A stretch of 38,101 nucleotides of DNA from a virus: positions 1 to 38,101 of the IMG/VR virus record IMGVR_UViG_3300040801_000957; one strand, written 5' to 3'. The translations under genes and the position numbers were made by a program. Below the pieces are notes generated by a model. That model had not been told where the DNA came from and ran no database searches. It worked only from the letters and a program-made list of their open reading frames with translations. Positions 14,368 through 23,120 of this stretch are shown here, one piece after another; positions within the stretch are counted from its first letter, which is position 1, and each line of letters opens with the position of its first letter.

Positions 14368-16121
14368 CCTGAGTCAGCGCCAGACTGGTAGATGTTGCCG
14401 ATTGTGTCCATTATGTTTTGGCCTCGGATCAGGTTTAGGTCGGCTTGGGGCCTGCCTGAATTAGATAACGCCGTTGACTGGTTGGTTGCGTTTTTGGTCG
14501 CAGCATTCGCCAGTAACTGAGCTAACATACCTTCAGAGCCTGAGTTTCCTAACTGGCTGATAATGTCCATTGCGTTCATTCCCTGCGCCTGCATCAATTC
14601 AGCCAATGCCGCCGCCTGGTTGTTTACATTGCCCGCCTGGGTCTGGGCCGCACCTTGTTGTGCCATGGCGATGTCTCTGCCTGCCTGGCTGCGAGCGTTG
14701 CCAATCTGGGTGCCGATACCGGTCAGCATATTGGCTAAGTTATTGCCTGCGCCGTACTGTAGGCCGGCTGCCTGGCCTCCAAGTGCTGAGGCAAGGTTAG
14801 CGCCTTGCCCAAACAGGTTCGCCTGTCCTTGGGCTGCTGAGAGCGAATTACGGGCATTTGCCATACCAACCTGGTTGGCCATGTTGGCGTTTTGCAGCGA
14901 TGTGTTGGTCCTATTCTGTGCGTTTTGGCCGGCTAACTGCGCCTCCAGGTTGCCCATCTGTCCAAACATATTCGACTGCTGACCTGCCGCATTGAGTCGG
15001 TTCGCCGCATTCTGGAATGACGCATTTTGTAGGTTGCTTGCGTTAGACAGGTTAGTCTGCTGCTGCATAGAAGCATTTTGGCCCGCCAATTGACCCATCT
15101 GATTGCCTGCTTGGCCCATCATGTTGGCTCGACCCTGTTGTGCCTGCAATCCGCGATTGCCTATGCCCGCCAGATTATCAATCTGCTGTTGCAGTTGAGT
15201 GCCCGCAAGGCCCTGACCAAAACGAGTCAGTTCTTTTAGGACCTCTCCGCCTCCCAGGCCGCCTGTAGCCGCCGCCTGGTTAGCGATCGACTCTTCGCCT
15301 TGCTGTCTCAGGAATTGCTGCACTGGGCTGTTTAAAAACGCCTGGTCGAATGCTTCCTGCCCTAATGCGCCTGACAATGCCGCTTGCTGCTGCATGGCCT
15401 GTGGCGAATACTGGCCAAACTGGTCAAAGCCTTGTGCAGCCTGCCCGAATATATCTTGACCAACATTTTGGTTAACATTGGCCGCATTAGACGTAAAGCC
15501 CTGGCCAGAAAAATCCTGGTTCAGGTTGTTAATACCCTGTTGGAATTGGCCCTGACCGGTTTGCTGATTTACGTCAGTTGCTGTTCCACGTGAAACGCCG
15601 GACCCAAAGCCACCATTTAAAGCGCCAACACCCTGGCGAAGGTTGTTCATGCCAAGATTGTATGCGCCACTCAAAGTGTTTGTCGCTCGGTTCATTCCGC
15701 CCTGGATTGCTCCGCCGGCACCACGCGCCGCAGTAGTTAGCGCATTTTCCTGCCCCTGTAGACCAAACTGTGGAGTCTGGCTTTGCCCTTGCATCATCAT
15801 TTGGCGCTGCTGTTGCCACCGCTGATAACCTTGAGGGTCTGCCGCTACCGCTCTTGGGTCAATGCCTGGAGGAAGATTGTTTATCATCTGCCCTTCTGGC
15901 GTTACGCCTCGGTTGTTCGGATTAGTGATAGGTCCGTCATAGTTTGGGTTTTGCGGACCCCATGCGCCACCAGGCGCAGGAGGCGCGATATTTGGCTTCT
16001 GCTGACCATACACACCGGCCACAGAGCCTGTGTTAGGCATAACAGCGGGATGCCCTATTGGTGGTTTTGTTGGTTGCATTAATGGCTTTGCCATTGGTTG
16101 ATACGGGGCTATTGCTGCCAT
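14352..16121 (-). CDS. Q/N/G/A-rich low-complexity virion protein (589 aa), putative ejection/internal protein
   Basis: Pro-rich N-terminus, then hundreds of residues such as ...GQAGNQMGQLAGQNASMQQQTNLSNASNLQNASFQNAANRLNAAGQQSNMFGQMGNLEAQLAGQNAQNRTN... Confidence 0.5.
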   Translation of the reverse strand: MAAIAPYQPMAKPLMQPTKPPIGHPAVMPNTGSVAGVYGQQKPNIAPPAPGGAWGPQNPNYDGPITNPNNRGVTPEGQMINNLPPGIDPRAVAADPQGYQRWQQQRQMMMQGQSQTPQFGLQGQENALTTAARGAGGAIQGGMNRATNTLSGAYNLGMNNLRQGVGALNGGFGSGVSRGTATDVNQQTGQGQFQQGINNLNQDFSGQGFTSNAANVNQNVGQDIFGQAAQGFDQFGQYSPQAMQQQAALSGALGQEAFDQAFLNSPVQQFLRQQGEESIANQAAATGGLGGGEVLKELTRFGQGLAGTQLQQQIDNLAGIGNRGLQAQQGRANMMGQAGNQMGQLAGQNASMQQQTNLSNASNLQNASFQNAANRLNAAGQQSNMFGQMGNLEAQLAGQNAQNRTNTSLQNANMANQVGMANARNSLSAAQGQANLFGQGANLASALGGQAAGLQYGAGNNLANMLTGIGTQIGNARSQAGRDIAMAQQGAAQTQAGNVNNQAAALAELMQAQGMNAMDIISQLGNSGSEGMLAQLLANAATKNATNQSTALSNSGRPQADLNLIRGQNIMDTIGNIYQSGADSGWWGG

Positions 16122-17350
16122 TACGACATCCTCCGTGTTCTGTTGCCGGTCAGTGAAAACGTGGGGTCCTGGTACCCGCTTAATAAGGGCGCCAATGACA
16201 TGTTGACCAGGTTCTGTCTGTGCGTATCGGCGTTGCGTTGTTGCTTTAATCTTTGCGATTCAGCTTGTTCAAGTTGGTCTAAAATCTGCCGGGTTTCCGG
16301 TGCCATTTCAAACTCGTTATCAAAAGCATCGATTCCAGTTGCAGGCATATTTACCTGGCCTGTCTCGCCCACCAGGCCGCTAGTTAGGCCGTGTAATGCT
16401 TCTTCCCAAAAAGTAGCATTTCTTACATTGTCAGCATTTAGTCCTGCGTTATACCCGACCTCGTCAAAAGACGCTGTGAATGGGTCGTAGGTGCCCATGT
16501 TGCGGTTAAGCTGATACATATCCTGCCCCATCATCTGGTCAAGGCCAGACCGGTCATATTGAAGCGGCATATTGCCTGGCTGATTCATGTAGGCATCAAA
16601 CCCGGTATTGAATACTGAATTAGGGTTATATCCTGTGCCAACATCACGCACTTGGTAATCACTACCCAGGGTTGCGCCAGTTAATGGATTAAGCCCCATG
16701 TCTTGCTGACGATTGAACATATTGTTCATGTTGCCAACAATATCATTGTTACTAAAGTTGTTCTGCCCTGCTATGGTCGGCTGTCCTGTGCGATACCCGG
16801 CGCCCGACTGACTAACTAATTGATTTCGGTTGGCCGCATCTCTGATTGCCGGGGTATTTGGCAAGCCAGGGTCATAGCCTGGTGTGCCGCCTGGACCCGT
16901 TGACGCATTACCACTAATTACACCACTCAAAGCCTCTGATGGCTTGATAAAATCAGGCAATGCGTAGTTGTTTCTAAAATGGCTTTGCACCTGGTATGGG
17001 TCTGCCCAGGAATTATCCGTAGGGTTTCCGATACCAAGAATGGAGTTAATGCCGGCATTCAGTCCGCCCTGGTTAAGGCGCTGTGCCTGCATGCTCGCAT
17101 CGGTTACGGTGTTGCCGATCGCAGGATACAAGTTGTTAATAATATCCAGGTTAGACTGTCCGGCCATTCGCCGGTTATCAAACTGGGCGTCATACAGAGG
17201 AACAGCACGGTCAAACGTGCGCTGCTCTGCCGCTTCATTGGCGTCAATAATAGCTCTGGTGCTTTCCAGATCGCTTTCAGACGCCTGCTTTGCCGATCGG
17301 TCGCCAAAGAAACCGCTGACCAGTCCGCCTACTAATGCACCCCAACTCAT
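16121..17350 (-). CDS. N/Q/G-rich virion protein (409 aa), putative ejection/internal protein
   Basis: Coupled ORF (1-nt overlap). Hydrophobic Gly-rich N-terminus MSWGALVGGLVSGFFG followed by N/Q/G/P-rich sequence. Confidence 0.45.
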   Translation of the reverse strand: MSWGALVGGLVSGFFGDRSAKQASESDLESTRAIIDANEAAEQRTFDRAVPLYDAQFDNRRMAGQSNLDIINNLYPAIGNTVTDASMQAQRLNQGGLNAGINSILGIGNPTDNSWADPYQVQSHFRNNYALPDFIKPSEALSGVISGNASTGPGGTPGYDPGLPNTPAIRDAANRNQLVSQSGAGYRTGQPTIAGQNNFSNNDIVGNMNNMFNRQQDMGLNPLTGATLGSDYQVRDVGTGYNPNSVFNTGFDAYMNQPGNMPLQYDRSGLDQMMGQDMYQLNRNMGTYDPFTASFDEVGYNAGLNADNVRNATFWEEALHGLTSGLVGETGQVNMPATGIDAFDNEFEMAPETRQILDQLEQAESQRLKQQRNADTHRQNLVNMSLAPLLSGYQDPTFSLTGNRTRRMS

Positions 17351-17388
17351 AATTTATTCCTCTTGCTAGTATTCTTTAATTGTACCAT

Positions 17389-18690
17389 TTAATACACCGA
17401 ACAAACCCAATTTGCGCTGTCATACTTTGTGAATTTGACTCTGAACGCTTTGTCGCCATGCATTGTATGGCTTGCCGCATTTGTTCCATCCGGCAAAAAT
17501 ATCGATCCCGAATCTACTGTGACAGTGAATAATGATATGCTGTCCAGTTGTCTGTCCACTAAGACGTAGTCGCCAATTGCAAATGTTGAGCTATCTAGTG
17601 TGAATGTTTTGCCGCCACTTCTGACAATTAGATTGGTGACATTTGCGCCTGTGCCAAGTGAACCTTGAATGGTTGAAGTGGCAGGATTAGCCAAATGCGC
17701 CTGCGTCAAACTCCCTGCCGCCAATCCCTGAACCTGAGTATCTAAGGCCGCAATGTCCACGCCATCGACTGTGCCAGTAACTGTAATGTTGCCTGTTACA
17801 CTAATGCCGCCTGTTCCTATGCCAAGCACTTGGCTCAATGCTGTGGCGACACCGCCAGTGACATTTTGGCCAACCTGAAACGACAGTGTTGCGTTAGTGG
17901 TTGAGTCCACATTGCCAGATATTCTGAACGCATTACCACTGACGTCTGGCACACCTCCCTCGTGGTTAAGTGTAACCTGGGCATTGCCGTACCCATCATT
18001 AACGGTCAGCGCAACGCTGCCAGTGCCATTGCCTGCTACTATTCTCAGCGCATCAATGGCGCTGCTTACATCCAGGCTGCCAGTAATGCTCTGGCTACTT
18101 GTAAAGTTGTTGTTTACATTGGTAAACGCCACGTTACTTAGTGGTGCTTGGTAATCTGTTCCTGCTATGAAATTGCTTGAATTATAATAGCCTGCGTCAT
18201 TGACCAATAACGAAACATTCTCACCTTCGACCATTACATTTGCAGGGACGCTTGTAAGATAGCCTGCGTCATTAACAAACTCAGACACATTGGTGTAAGT
18301 TGTGTCAGTAAACACCGCACCGGCAGGGACATTGGTTAATACTTGAGCATCATCTACTTTGCCATCTAATGCGGCTTGAAGGTCTGTCTGGTCTGATAGG
18401 GTGCCTGTGATAGAGCCCCATGAGCCGCCGGCACCCTCGCCAGTCACCAGGACCCACCCCTGGGTTGAGTCGTTGTTTAGCTCGTTAACTGTTTTGACGT
18501 AGACGTTGTTTGTGTCCTGGTCCAGGTAGAGCGCATTCTGGCCGGCATCAATCACGCCCTCTGGCGCACCAGAATCGCTGATCAGTTGTCGCTCAGTAAC
18601 CTGGCTAACCCAGTTTCTGAACTCGGTAGACATCTTGTTATTGATAATAACATTCTGGCCGTATGTGGGTGCAATGACTCTATCTGACAT
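17389..18690 (-). CDS. Tail fiber-like protein (433 aa)
   Basis: Directly follows the gp10-like hub gene. S/T/G/N/V-rich repetitive beta-type sequence. The C-terminal module (…IFLPDGTNAASHTM…) is shared with 9699..11030. Confidence 0.6.
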   Translation of the reverse strand: MSDRVIAPTYGQNVIINNKMSTEFRNWVSQVTERQLISDSGAPEGVIDAGQNALYLDQDTNNVYVKTVNELNNDSTQGWVLVTGEGAGGSWGSITGTLSDQTDLQAALDGKVDDAQVLTNVPAGAVFTDTTYTNVSEFVNDAGYLTSVPANVMVEGENVSLLVNDAGYYNSSNFIAGTDYQAPLSNVAFTNVNNNFTSSQSITGSLDVSSAIDALRIVAGNGTGSVALTVNDGYGNAQVTLNHEGGVPDVSGNAFRISGNVDSTTNATLSFQVGQNVTGGVATALSQVLGIGTGGISVTGNITVTGTVDGVDIAALDTQVQGLAAGSLTQAHLANPATSTIQGSLGTGANVTNLIVRSGGKTFTLDSSTFAIGDYVLVDRQLDSISLFTVTVDSGSIFLPDGTNAASHTMHGDKAFRVKFTKYDSANWVCSVY

Positions 18691-20068
18691 CGGCTTGCAG
18701 CTTGATTACAACGGGGTTAACAGGGTCCGACATTTCTAATTTCAATGTTGCAAACCGGCTATACCGTCCAAGGCGCCTCCAGATCACTTTCTGGTTATAT
18801 TCGCCCAAGTCGCCCATCGACCGTTGCATTTCATTGCCATAGGTTTTGCCGCCATCCCTTGATGTAGACAGTCGGATTATTCCGGTGTTGCCGCTCTCGA
18901 CTGTCGCCTCTAGCTTCATAATCCTGAATGCCTCGCCCTGGTTTTCCAGGGGCGGACCTATCCAGGTTCTTAATACGTCATCGCCATATTCTGTGTATAC
19001 ATTATTGCTCAATTCACCTATACGACCGTCCTGGCTGTCGCCTACGAGGATTTTTCCGTATGCCTGTATGATTGAGTTAACTCGCCACCGGTCTGTAAAT
19101 GTAAAGCCCCTGGGGTCGTCTATTAGGGATTCTCGCTCATGCCACTTCCCTACTGATTCGTCATATACAAAGCAGCGGTCAGTAATAACAAACCCCACAA
19201 AACGATGGCCGCTACGACTATAGGACCAAGCCCAAGCCTCGGTAAGGTCTGTTTCCCCAAGTATCTTATCAATCGGCCTGGTGCTAATCTTTTGAGCGCC
19301 GTTACTAAGCGCGTAGATACCTGGGGTTTCATTTTCGCCTGCGCCATAAAAGTAAACCGCCTGTCCTGTCTTAATGGTAAACGGGCTTACTGCGCCTTTG
19401 TCAATGACATAGCCCTGTTGGCGCCTGAATATTCCTGCGTTGTTCTGATACGCCTCTGTAGTCTGCGTACCAATGATGTGCAATTGGTTGGCCCAGGTCA
19501 CGCAAGTCACAATTGCGTCTGGGTCTGCCTCTGCTGAGAAAAAGTTTAAAGCGCCCCATGACAGTCCGTTTCTGGGGTCTGACCTTATAAACTTCTTTTC
19601 ATCTGTGGTAACAATGAAATAACTGTCTAGAAAGGTTAGCGACTTAGGTGTGCCGTTTGCCGTAAACCCAGGGTCCGTGATTTCAGTGAATGTGTCACTG
19701 GTGTCGACAATCCACCCACGGCCATCAACAAGGACCATCATCTGTACGCCATTTTCAGCGAAAAAAGCCCGACCACTAGGGCCGGGCAACGTACCTATAA
19801 GAGTATAGGCACCATCGGGTGAAAACTTGTACAAACCATCGCCGTTCAAAAAGTAGGCAGCATCATTAAATACTATGCCACCTCGGTTCGCCTGCTGATT
19901 TGTGCCGGTAGTTGCAAACTCTGTGATGCCATCAGTGCCGAATAGTTGAGCCTGGGATAATGCGCCGCCTGTTTGGGGCACAGAAACGTACCAGTTGATT
20001 AGCCTTTGGGCTGATACTGGTAGTGATTCGCTCTCATAAAATCCGCCATCAATTGGTAACTCAATCAT
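18680..20068 (-). CDS. P22 gp10-like tail hub / packaged-DNA stabilisation protein
   Basis: Similar size. The C-terminus RLSTSRDGGKTYGNEMQRSMGDLGEYNQKVIWRRLGRYSRFATLKLEMSDPVNPVVIKLQADV parallels P22 gp10 as I recall it (LSATTDGINYGREQMIEQNEPFVYDKRVLWKRVGRIRRLIGFKLRVITKSPVTLSGCQIRL). Confidence 0.8.
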   Translation of the reverse strand: MIELPIDGGFYESESLPVSAQRLINWYVSVPQTGGALSQAQLFGTDGITEFATTGTNQQANRGGIVFNDAAYFLNGDGLYKFSPDGAYTLIGTLPGPSGRAFFAENGVQMMVLVDGRGWIVDTSDTFTEITDPGFTANGTPKSLTFLDSYFIVTTDEKKFIRSDPRNGLSWGALNFFSAEADPDAIVTCVTWANQLHIIGTQTTEAYQNNAGIFRRQQGYVIDKGAVSPFTIKTGQAVYFYGAGENETPGIYALSNGAQKISTRPIDKILGETDLTEAWAWSYSRSGHRFVGFVITDRCFVYDESVGKWHERESLIDDPRGFTFTDRWRVNSIIQAYGKILVGDSQDGRIGELSNNVYTEYGDDVLRTWIGPPLENQGEAFRIMKLEATVESGNTGIIRLSTSRDGGKTYGNEMQRSMGDLGEYNQKVIWRRLGRYSRFATLKLEMSDPVNPVVIKLQADVR

Positions 20069-20901
20069 TAACCTACTCGTAACTGATAGTCAGTCACCAG
20101 ACAGTTGTCGGTGTCTGTTGTGTTGCTTACAAAAACCTCTACGTAGTCGTTCAGCGATAGCTCTGCCCGCCACACAAGATTGACGCTGACCAAGGTAAGG
20201 TCGGTTGCAATCCTCTGTCGACTGCCGTTAACCACTGAGCCATTAATAGCAACATACACAATAAAGCTTTTGGCCCCTGCTGTGGCCGCTCTTATGGACA
20301 GCGCCGCTGATATATTTACTGTTGATGGGTTTACATCGTTATACGTCAGCCTTCCCAGGCCATCTGACGTGAAGTTGTTGATTAATTCTGTGACGACTGA
20401 ACCAACATTAACTTTTACAGGAGTCGACACAATTGCAATTTGGGTTTCTGTGCTATTGCCCACCTTTGACAGAAGCCCCTCACTAGCATCTGCCAGGTTG
20501 CTGATCACTGCGTTGCCATCAACATCCGGCGTAATATCAATGCCTGCGCCTGCTTGAAGCTTGCGCCACACAATCTGCGAGCCAGTGAATGTTGGCGCGA
20601 GCGCCACACCATCGCCTGGCGTACTGGTGAAGTCGTTTGAGACAACCAGGTTTTGTGATGGGTCCAGAGATATTTGAACACCATTATCGCCTAGCAATTC
20701 TTTAAATGAATAATCGCTTGCATCCAGGTCGTACAACGGGGTGCCGCCAGACTTTGTGCTAATGGTGCCAGTAACACCAAGAGCCGGCGAAAACGTGGAA
20801 AAATCGACCTTATAATTAATGCCGTCACGAACAATGACAAAGTCGTCACCGCTCCGTACCTCCTGGACCGAAACCAGGTCGCTTATCTTTGTACTAGCCA
20901 T
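20068..20901 (-). CDS. Fiber-like / receptor-binding-like protein (277 aa)
   Basis: The N-terminus MASTKISDLVSV... is a common fiber N-terminal motif (from memory). The C-terminal part is beta-rich (FIVYVAINGSVVNGS...LNDYVEVFVSN). It sits between the gp4-like and gp10-like genes. Confidence 0.5.
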   Translation of the reverse strand: MASTKISDLVSVQEVRSGDDFVIVRDGINYKVDFSTFSPALGVTGTISTKSGGTPLYDLDASDYSFKELLGDNGVQISLDPSQNLVVSNDFTSTPGDGVALAPTFTGSQIVWRKLQAGAGIDITPDVDGNAVISNLADASEGLLSKVGNSTETQIAIVSTPVKVNVGSVVTELINNFTSDGLGRLTYNDVNPSTVNISAALSIRAATAGAKSFIVYVAINGSVVNGSRQRIATDLTLVSVNLVWRAELSLNDYVEVFVSNTTDTDNCLVTDYQLRVG

Positions 20902-21367
20902 CGACTAAAATATTCCCATCGCTCTCGGTTTGAATGCTGTCGTCTGGACCAGGATAGAAATGGCTGTCGCCGTAAAGGTCGCTCCCTGTGTTGCCAGAAC
21001 CTGTTGGCAATGTACTCTCGTAAGGGGTCGACTCAATGTTTACGCCCAGTTTCAGACACGTTTTATAGCCATCTGACGCCTGCTTAAGCAGTTCGCCTGT
21101 GACCACTTCGCCATAGATTGGCGCAAGGGCGATTGCAAGGTTAGCTGCAATACCCATGTTTGCGCCAGGTGATGTAGTCATAGGGTCAGATGGTGTTTGA
21201 ATTTCGGTAAAGCCCAAGGCGATACCCCTTTCTTGCCAGTCAAGCATCATGCGATTAAGAAACCGCACACCCTTGGCAAAATCACCAGGCTGTATAGGTT
21301 GGTCCTCGCCATCAACAAAGATTAGCGCCAGGGCATCTTCAATTATATCTTGGGCTTTGTCGGCCAT
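20894..21367 (-). CDS. P22 gp4-like head-to-tail adaptor
   Basis: ...YESTLPTGSGNTGSDLYGDSHFYPGPDDSIQTESDGN parallels the P22 gp4 C-terminus as I recall it (...[38 protein letters not shown]). Size is similar and the position after coat fits. Confidence 0.85.
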   Translation of the reverse strand: MADKAQDIIEDALALIFVDGEDQPIQPGDFAKGVRFLNRMMLDWQERGIALGFTEIQTPSDPMTTSPGANMGIAANLAIALAPIYGEVVTGELLKQASDGYKTCLKLGVNIESTPYESTLPTGSGNTGSDLYGDSHFYPGPDDSIQTESDGNILVDG

Positions 21368-21495
21368 TACTTTTTAGCCTTTGGTTTGGTTTTTGACCAC
21401 CCTTTTGGAAGGTTGGCAAGGGCATGGTCGTTGACCTTCTGCTCTTTACCTGTGGGCGAGTAAACTGTATGAAGTTTTGGTTTCTCGTCTGCCAT
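21367..21495 (-). CDS. Small basic protein (42 aa, MADEKPKLHTVYSPTGKEQKVNDHALANLPKGWSKTKPKAKK)
   Basis: Hand-translated. Its stop overlaps ATG 21367 (TAATG). It follows the post-coat hairpin. Confidence 0.4.
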   Translation of the reverse strand: MADEKPKLHTVYSPTGKEQKVNDHALANLPKGWSKTKPKAKK

Positions 21496-21527
21496 GATTG
21501 GCTCTCCCGATTAGTTTTAGTTAAAGC

Positions 21528-21545
21528 AGCGGCCCGAAGGCCGCT
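21528..21545 (-). terminator. cUUCGg hairpin after the coat gene (AGCGGCC-UUCG-GGCCGCU)
   Basis: 7-bp GC-rich stem starting 22 nt after the coat stop. The downstream sequence GCUUUAACU is only partly U-rich. Confidence 0.5.
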
Positions 21546-21566
21546 ACTGAAGGGTTTCGGTTAATC

Positions 21567-22847
21567 TTATGAGAAACCGAACGATTGGCCCGCGAAGAAC
21601 GGGTTAAATACGCCATACGCCGGACGGAAGTCGAAACGTACAATCTGCTTGTTCGCCAGGAAGTCAACACCCTTTGAAACGCGCATTTGTAAACCGTCTT
21701 TCGTCTTGGCCAGTGTATCTGTTCTGTGAAGCTTCTTAATTGGCACAGAGCCAATACAGAAAGCATTCTTATGCCAGAACAGATTAGGCTGATACGCAGT
21801 TGAAGCCGCACCTAACAGAGTGATCACATCACCCGATACTGGAGCAGAATCTACTGTGTTGTATGCGCCGCCCGCCTCATAAATGGCAGGACCGCTGATC
21901 ACGATGTCGCCAGTACCAGTACCAGAGAGAGTAACATCAGCCGCTACAGTCGCTGTGAACTCGATAGCACTACCAGTCTCGTCAATCATCAGTTCACGGG
22001 TAGCCAGGTTCAGGCGGTTGCGACCGCTAATGCGGATCTGCTCGCCTGCTTTGATTGCAAGGTTAGCCTGGAAGCCTGCTACTGAAATTGTCTGCTGCAT
22101 AGAGTCCTTGGCTGCTACATAAGTAACAGTAGGGTTTGATGCAATAGTACCCGCTCGGTCAGCGCCCACGCCAGAAGTGTAGCTACCCAATGTTGTAGCT
22201 GTCTTTACCATCATGCCGGCAAAGTCCTCTGCAATGGTTGCCTTGTCGTTAGCAGACTTGATTAGCTCGCCTGCTGAACCACCGGCACCTAGTGAACGCT
22301 GATTAGATGCTAAACGGCGCTGCGTGAAGGGGTTAACAAAGTAACACCAGTCGTTATCCATTGGAACACCGATAGACTCAAGAACCGCGCCAGACTCAGC
22401 GATATGGTCCCAGGTTGTTACTGGGGTCCCAATTGTGCCTGCTGTCAGGTTGCCGTTCTTCATTGCGAAACGCGCAAAGTCTAGCTCCATGTCAGTCACA
22501 ATACGCTGCGCCTGTGGGGCCAGAAGTTCATCCAATTGGTCCATCTTGATTGCTTCGTCCGCTTCGTCATAGTCAACGTAGGTTGTGAAGTAATCCTGGA
22601 CAACAGCTGACGCCTTACCAGTGATGATTGGGTCTGCTGTTTCTGCTGTGATGTCACCGGTCGGTGTACGCACAGTTTTGTAGTCGGTAGGGCGCTTAAT
22701 ATCAATCGTGTCGCCCGTAGATGCGTTGAATGCGCCAGACACAAATTGTGTGTTGACGTTCTTACTTAATACCCGCATTGACTCAAACTTGTCCAAAAAG
22801 CTTCGTGCCAATTTACGGGTAATGTTGCTGTCGAAATTATTCGGCAT
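21567..22847 (-). CDS. Major capsid (coat) protein, P22-coat-like
   Basis: 426 aa and follows the scaffold gene. C-terminal NLFWHKNAFCIGSVPI resembles P22 coat NVFWADDAIRIVSQPI (recalled). It is flanked by its own promoter/terminator signals. Confidence 0.85.
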   Translation of the reverse strand: MPNNFDSNITRKLARSFLDKFESMRVLSKNVNTQFVSGAFNASTGDTIDIKRPTDYKTVRTPTGDITAETADPIITGKASAVVQDYFTTYVDYDEADEAIKMDQLDELLAPQAQRIVTDMELDFARFAMKNGNLTAGTIGTPVTTWDHIAESGAVLESIGVPMDNDWCYFVNPFTQRRLASNQRSLGAGGSAGELIKSANDKATIAEDFAGMMVKTATTLGSYTSGVGADRAGTIASNPTVTYVAAKDSMQQTISVAGFQANLAIKAGEQIRISGRNRLNLATRELMIDETGSAIEFTATVAADVTLSGTGTGDIVISGPAIYEAGGAYNTVDSAPVSGDVITLLGAASTAYQPNLFWHKNAFCIGSVPIKKLHRTDTLAKTKDGLQMRVSKGVDFLANKQIVRFDFRPAYGVFNPFFAGQSFGFS

Positions 22848-22997
22848 GATAAATTACCTCAATATAAATTGATTAAAAATAGGGTTAAGTTCGGGTGCTA
22901 AGGCCGATTCTGTGTAGCGAAGCGCCTGATTGGCGAGTATTAAGCCGGCTGTGCCGTTGATGTGCCATCCATAACCAAAGGTTATGCAAGTGAGCAT

Positions 22998-23006
22998 AGT
23001 ATAGCA
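22998..23006 (-). promoter_or_regulatory. Extended -10 promoter element TGcTATACT upstream of the coat gene
   Basis: Reverse complement of agtatagca. It lies just downstream of the terminator at 23020..23048 and about 150 nt upstream of ATG 22847. No good -35 is present. Confidence 0.4.
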
Positions 23007-23019
23007 TTTTTCTATGGGC

Positions 23020-23048
23020 AAAAAAAAGCCCCTGGTGAGATCAGGGGC
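23020..23048 (-). terminator. Rho-independent terminator (GCCCCUG-7 nt loop-CAGGGGC + U8) after the scaffold gene
   Basis: Plus strand reads aaaaaaaagcccctggtgagatcaggggc. On the minus transcript the stem is followed by eight U residues. Confidence 0.75.
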
Positions 23049-23120
23049 TAATAGGAGTTATGCTTAAAAAATCCAATCTATCATCTGGGGACAATTGAAT
23101 GGACCTTTAATGTATCACGA

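Noticed and set aside
21521-21811. 96-aa minus-strand ORF overlapping the 3' end of the coat gene
   Set aside because: It is an alternative frame of the coat gene that runs through the post-coat hairpin. The sequence is R/S/L-rich and has no independent signals.
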